Shown: piece after piece, positions 58,537 through 64,000 of the stretch
Layout: the number at the start of each line of letters is the position of its first letter
Numbering within the stretch: the stretch's first letter is position 1
From: an uncultured Methanomicrobiaceae archaeon
GTDB taxonomy: Archaea; Halobacteriota; Methanomicrobia; Methanomicrobiales; Methanoculleaceae
NCBI GenBank assembly: GCA_963826525.1
Contig: CAWGXH010000005.1
Coordinates: forward strand, 160,001 to 224,000
Direction: 5' to 3'
DNA length: 64,000 nucleotides
Notes under the pieces: generated by a model
Told to the model about the DNA's origin: nothing
Database searches by the model: none
Seen by the model: only the letters and a program-made list of their open reading frames with translations
Made by a program: the position numbers and the translations under genes

Positions 58537-59872
58537 CCGGCCGGCCGACGTCCGGGTTCACGACTTCAAGGAAGTCGATCTCGGCATGACCGTCGACGAG
58601 GCCATCGCGGAGGCCGAGCGCTGCCTGCAGTGCAAAAAGCCGCTCTGTGTCGGCGGATGTCCTGTCTGCATCGATATCCCGGGTTTCATCGCCGAGGTCG
58701 CGAGCGGCAACTTCCGGAAAGCGGCGGCGATCGTGAAGGAGCAGAATATGCTCCCCGCCATCTGCGGCCGTGTATGCCCGCAGGAGACCCAGTGCGAGGG
58801 CGTCTGTATTCTCGGCAAGAAAGAGACCCCGATCCGGATCGGCGCCCTCGAACGGTTCGTGGCGGACTGGGAGCAGCAGAACGGGCTCGTCTCCCCCGAG
58901 GTCGCCGGGTCGACCGGAAAGCGGGTCGCCGTCGTCGGGTCGGGACCCGCCGGGATCACCGCTGCGGCCGAACTCGCCCGTGCGGGCCACGCGGTGACCA
59001 TCTTCGAGTCGCTTCACGAAGCCGGCGGCGTCCTCACCTACGGTATCCCCGCGTTCCGCCTGCCGAAGGAGATTGTGAAGATCGAGATCGATCAGGTGCT
59101 CGAGATGGGTGTCGGGCTGAAGAAGAACTATCTCGTCGGAAGAAGCCTGACCGCTGCCGATCTCCTCAAGTACGATGCAGTCTTCCTCGCCACGGGAGCG
59201 GGGCTTCCCTCGTTCATGGGCATTCCCGGGGAGAACCTTCCCGGCGTCTACTCGGCGAACGAGTTCTTAACCCGCGTCAACCTGATGCACGCCGATAAGT
59301 TCCCCGTCTTCGACACGCCGGTGAAGCACGGCGCACGGGTCGCGGTCGTCGGCGGCGGCAACGTCGCGATGGACGCCGCCCGGGTCGCCCGGAGGCTCGG
59401 AGCGAAGGTCACTCTCATCTACCGCCGCCGCGAGGAGGATATGCCCGCACGGCTCGCCGAGGTGCACCACGCGAAGGAAGAGGGGATCGAGTTCGCCACC
59501 TGCACGAACCCGACCCGGATCATCGGCGACCAGTTCGTCACCGGTATCGAGTGCGTGAAGATGGCGATGTGCAAGCTCGACGCAAGCGGACGCCCCTCCC
59601 CGAAGGAGGAGGAAGGAAGCGAGTTTACTATCGACGTCGATATGGTCATCATCGCCATCGGGACGAGCCCGAACCCGCTCCTCGTCTCGCTGATCCCCGG
59701 GCTTGAGCGGAGCCGGAAGGGAAACGTCGTCGTCGACAAGGACGGCAGGACCTCGATCGGCCACGTCTATGCCGGCGGCGATATCGCCACCGGAGCGGCG
59801 ACGGTGATCTGGGCGATGGGCTCTGCGAAGAAGGCCGCCGCCGCGATCAACCGGATGCTCAAGGAAGAATAG
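58529..59872 (+). CDS. nfnB: NfnB/SudA (GltD-like) NADPH-dependent flavin Fe-S subunit
   Basis: RCLQCKKPLCVGGCPV, CGRVCPQETQCEGVC, GSGPAG, GGGNVAMD, GGDIATG. Confidence 0.88.
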   Translation: MGDRPADVRVHDFKEVDLGMTVDEAIAEAERCLQCKKPLCVGGCPVCIDIPGFIAEVASGNFRKAAAIVKEQNMLPAICGRVCPQETQCEGVCILGKKETPIRIGALERFVADWEQQNGLVSPEVAGSTGKRVAVVGSGPAGITAAAELARAGHAVTIFESLHEAGGVLTYGIPAFRLPKEIVKIEIDQVLEMGVGLKKNYLVGRSLTAADLLKYDAVFLATGAGLPSFMGIPGENLPGVYSANEFLTRVNLMHADKFPVFDTPVKHGARVAVVGGGNVAMDAARVARRLGAKVTLIYRRREEDMPARLAEVHHAKEEGIEFATCTNPTRIIGDQFVTGIECVKMAMCKLDASGRPSPKEEEGSEFTIDVDMVIIAIGTSPNPLLVSLIPGLERSRKGNVVVDKDGRTSIGHVYAGGDIATGAATVIWAMGSAKKAAAAINRMLKEE

Positions 59873-59889
59873 AGCAATAAACATAATTC

Positions 59890-62420
59890 TTCATTTGATA
59901 GCGCACGAGGTTCACTGCTAGCCTTTTCCAATAATAATTGGTAATCGGTACATCCATTATTTTTACATGGAACGGCTATTCTCTGTAATAATGGTGGAGA
60001 GCCTTCCCATGGTGGTTCAAGAAATCTGATCTTTGAAACTTGGTGAGAATCATTTAGAGGATAATACCATAACTGATCAGCGCCAATACACTTGCTGTTG
60101 TATAATCATCGCCTACCCCTATTGCAGCGCACATATCTCCCTGCCAGTTCCTAACTCACTCTCTTCTGCCAATGAGGGAAAAAGAACGAATTAAATAAGA
60201 TTGCTAGTTCTCTTCCAAATCCAAAACTCTCATCGTCAATGTGACACTGGAATGACTGGTGGGAGATTAATTTCACTTGAGGATATATCCTTCCATTCTA
60301 CGAATGTCAGACTTCCAGCGCCATCCAACAACGGAACAGGTAAACGATCGTGAGGGACAAGACTCCAGAATGTTTCAGAGGGTATTCCGAAATATGCGTT
60401 TATACGTCCTAACTGATACCACTTTCAGCGGGACCGAGTTCGAATATTTCGTCGATATGATCTGATAACATTTAATCTAGTATACTGGCGAAAAATCGGC
60501 TCAAACCAATGTTCATTGGAACCGATTATTTCAATTCTCCCAACATCGACTTTAAGTTTCTTCTTGGGTATATTCACTAGTAATTTTAGGTGGATATATA
60601 GGAGAAATCTCCGTGCTTGCGACTTACTGCGATACTAAAGATAATGGGGTTTATCTACATTTGACAGCATGATTCCGTCACGGTAGACAGAAAATTGAGA
60701 GGCATGATTACAACTTGGACTTGAGTCTCTACATATAAGGATGCTTCATCTCCGTTTTGTTCGAATGTTGGTTGCATTCCAAGTCAGAATCGTTCCTCCG
60801 AACGTAATTAGACATTTCCTTGTCAAAATCAATATCATCCTTTGGGACTAATAGTGAAAAAATACCCTCGTAACCTTCCAGTTTAAGGTTCTCTCTTAAG
60901 TAAAAAGAAACCTCGTTAAGTAATTCTTTGGCGAAGGGAACGGTATGCGGTAAGAAAGCCTCTTCAAATGGGTAAGTAAGGTCTAACTGTTGAATTTGAT
61001 ATTCAAAACCGTATCTGTGTCTAATCTTTTCTGCATCTTCATTGGGATGAATTATTATTGTTTTTTTATCACTCTCATCGATTATTATTGGAAATTCGGC
61101 AAATCCGGCTATAATCGATAAATATATTGTAACATCGAATTCCTCACTTGATATGCCACCTTTCCTTAATTTATTGCTGTACACGCGGACACGGACAGTA
61201 GTTACTATGGATCTGATGTCCTGTGGGCGCTTCGAAATTCTAAAATGCCTCAATACATCCGGGATGGTTATTTCAAGAGAATGTCCGTAATTAGAAAAAT
61301 ACGGATCAACGCATGTGAATATTTCGACTTTTTCAGCGACTTGGAAGCGACTTAATATCAATTCCGAACTGAGAAATCAGGGTATAAACTGATACCTAAA
61401 CTGATTTCTTTCTTCTTAAAGTCTTCACTTTGGTAGTAACTTCTTCCAGCGACTGCAAGATAATTTTTGACAATATATTCGTCCATCCCAATTCCATTAT
61501 CTTTCCACGTTACAATTACGTCTCCATCTGCTTGATGCTCAACATTTACGAATATCGCTCCGTCTGGGCCACCTTTCAGCAACTCTTTTCGCATTCGAAT
61601 AGCATCGATGCTGTTTTGAAGAAGTTCACGAAGAAATACATAATAATCGCCATGGTATATCTCATTCGCTAAGGATTTCAAAGATATTTTGACGATCAAA
61701 ATCAAACAGAATAACTACGGGTTCAAAACCGTTTGTCTCAATTTTAAAATCGATATGAGAAAGATCGAGCATGTATTTTTCTTCTCTCATCCTTGCGAGG
61801 ATATCGTTGCAACCCTTTAACTGCTCCTTGCAATAATCTTCCAGATCTTTTAAAGCGGCATAGACTTCGTGGTCTTCAGTAGAACCACTTACCTGAACGT
61901 ATCGGCCATTTTGATAGGGTGGAAAAGTAACAGGTCTTATTGCGCGATGTTTTTTCCATTCAAGTTGAGACTTTGAGTTTTTTGGAGCATACAAATTTGT
62001 ATAGTACGAGTGGAGTTCTGCCCTCGGACATATCAAATAGGTCGATAAGGCGAACGTATAGCGTTAAAGCACAAATATTGACACTGTTTTCTAGAATAGA
62101 ATCTTGCAGCGGATATCGTTTCGTATTGTTGCAGTTCCTCAAATGCTGCTCCATGCCCGACACATATTTTTGAAATTGCTTCCCCTACACTCGAATTTAT
62201 CGGGTTGAAATAATGGCGTATGCGAAGCCCGCTCCGTTCAGCGTGGGTTTCTCTGACATATGCCTGCCATGTTTTTGTCGAATTCCTCTCCTTCAAATAC
62301 CGAAACATTATGATCTTTTGCAAATTTACTAAACTTATCGGGTTCATCTTGGAGCACCGGATGAGGAAGGTCATCGATAGACCCATAGGTATCGTCTGTG
62401 AAGAGGCCGTTCTCTCTTAT
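59890..62420 (-). pseudogene. AT-rich HD-CE-like plus HSP90-like (GHKL) ATPase gene; 5'-truncated and fragmented
   Basis: Fragments YVRETHAERS...ICVGH, VRLIDLFDMSEGRTP, SQLEWKKH, then IYHGDYYVFLRELLQNSIDA and WKDNGIGMDEYIVKNYLAVAGRSYY; sharp drop in GC content. Confidence 0.7.
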
Positions 62421-62588
62421 CACCATTTCATGGAGTGGAGATCAGGAAGCCCCCCTCCCTGATACAGTTGCCGCCGGTCCACGCGTATGCAGTGCGTGCC
62501 ACAGTAAGAATACCGTCTGGTGCGACAGGATGATTGACAGGTTGTTGTCTTCTCCGCTGGCGATGGTTGCCGAGGCCGTATCGGTCTA

Positions 62589-63311
62589 TCACAGCTCCCC
62601 GGCAATCTCCATGAGGGCGCGGGCAAGGAGGGCGGGGTGGGTAACCATCGCGTCGTGGGAGGCGGGAATCGTCCGGCACGACCAGCCCTCTCCCTCTGCC
62701 TCGTCGCAGAACCTCCTGAATTTCGGGGCAAGAGGGGACTTCGTGCAGTGGATATATCCCTTCGGGACTTTCTCGTATCCGCCGGAGGTCAGGCAGAGGG
62801 GTTCGTGCTGGCACCTGACGGAAAGTCGGTGAGGTGGGACCGTGCCCATGCACGTTCCTCTTCGTCGGCGATGCCGAGCGCTGCGACGAATGCGTCGGTG
62901 GGGGGGAGGCGCCAGCCGTCGCCGCCCTCCGCTGCCGCCTTCGTGTACGCAGAGCGGGTCGCTTCGGGCTGAAAGTCCCACATCGCCATTCCGTCGCGGC
63001 CGGTATAGGCGTCGAGGAAGATGAGCCCGGAGAGGCGGTCATATGTCCGGTCGGCAAGCTGCGAGATGACCAGCCCGGCGTACGAGTGGCCGACGGCGAT
63101 GACGTCGGAGATCTTCGAAGGAGAGGACGCTCTGGAGGTCGAGGACGTGGGTGGCAAGGCCCGTCTCGTGGGTGAGGAGGTGGGAGCGCTCGCCCATCCC
63201 GGTCAGGGTCGGCGCAAACGCCCGGTGCCCCTCCGCCTCAAGGAGGGGCGAAAGCCTCCTCCAGCACCAGCCGCCGTGCATCGCCCCGTGGACGAGAAGA
63301 AAGGTCGCCAT
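62589..63311 (-). CDS. Alpha/beta hydrolase (esterase), frameshifted
   Basis: MATFLLVHGAMHGGWCW, PTLTG, nucleophile elbow GHSYAG, IFLDA, ASHDAM. Confidence 0.88.
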
Positions 63312-63608
63312 ACTGCTCTTCTCCCCCATTAGCCCCGGGGGCCAGTGCGGCCCTCCCTCTTCGCTGCTTCGCGCCCAATTGTCTGTATCACCCGCATCAT
63401 ACTGCACTCCGTCCTTCCGGCCACATCCCGATACGTATTCTAGGGGACGGGGGCGGATATACTCTCTGCGTTTTTCAAGCGCCGGATTGCCTTCAACAAC
63501 TCTCCGGCAGTGCATTGCGGCGCACTTCTGTCCGGAATATACAGATCGGGCGCTGCAGGCTCGTTTCAAAAAAGAAATCCTTATCCCGGCACCTGCGATA
63601 TGCTGATT

Positions 63609-64000
63609 ATGGATAAGCCTCAAACGACATCCCCACGCCCTGCGGCCATCCTCTTCCGGCTGACGATGGCGATCGGTTTCGTGGGCGTCTTCTTCGGGAT
63701 CTACTTCGCCTTCATCGACCCGGCCCTCGGCGTGCAGGTCGCAGCCCTCCTCCTCGTCGGGATAACGGGTATCATCAGTTTCCTCCGGCACTCCGTCTTC
63801 TGGCGGTCGGACCAGGCCCGGATGGGGTGGAGACCCGGTAGCCCGCAGTTCCAGATGGAAGTCGGGTTCGCGAATCTGGCGGTAGGCGTTGTGAGTATCG
63901 CTGCAGTCGTGCTCGCCTGGGGGACGGCCGCCGTGGGAACAGCGCTCCTCATCTACGGGATCTATATTGCGGGCGCCGCTGTGGTTCACGTGCGTGATGC
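63609..64000 (+). CDS. DUF6790-like membrane protein; runs off the window
   Basis: Manual translation: TM helices, SFLRHSVF...ARMGW..GSPQFQMEVGFANLA. Confidence 0.65.
   Translation, partial: MDKPQTTSPRPAAILFRLTMAIGFVGVFFGIYFAFIDPALGVQVAALLLVGITGIISFLRHSVFWRSDQARMGWRPGSPQFQMEVGFANLAVGVVSIAAVVLAWGTAAVGTALLIYGIYIAGAAVVHVRD

Overview
GC-rich archaeal chromosomal segment. Gene content (archaeal DKFP-route aroA'/aroB', tgtA/arcS, aMBF1, two PAN ATPases, archaeal RNase P RNA, PAS/HisKA signalling proteins) fits a Methanomicrobiales methanogen, Methanoculleus-like (inference). Many conserved genes carry indel frameshifts, densest at ~26-36 kb and ~60-63 kb. These are most simply read as long-read or polishing errors, so genes were reassembled by eye across frames and some ends are approximate. 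Main content: radical SAM gene; FilR1-like regulator, UbiA and PAS genes; ChaB and two PRC-barrel genes; uvrA-uvrC-uvrB; pspC; short recQ; ABC exporter and Fic; FKBP and giant TPR gene; CheY-CheC-kinase module; double rubredoxin; USP-GNAT fusion; J-domain protein; DUF126; two convergent pan genes; mbf1; an eight-gene aromatic amino acid operon with convergent aroD; proC; RlhA-like U32 protein; tpiA; rnpB; archaellin-like gene; AMMECR1-tgtA-arcS; nfnAB; and an AT-rich, 5'-truncated HD/HSP90-like ATPase gene. The top finding is a 15-codon, apparently leaderless ORF (MRGECFFAGECFYHW*, 38224-38271) rich in Phe/Tyr/Trp codons. It is followed by alternative pairing segments and an oligo-T tract directly upstream of the aromatic biosynthesis operon, making it a candidate ribosome-dependent attenuator in an archaeon.
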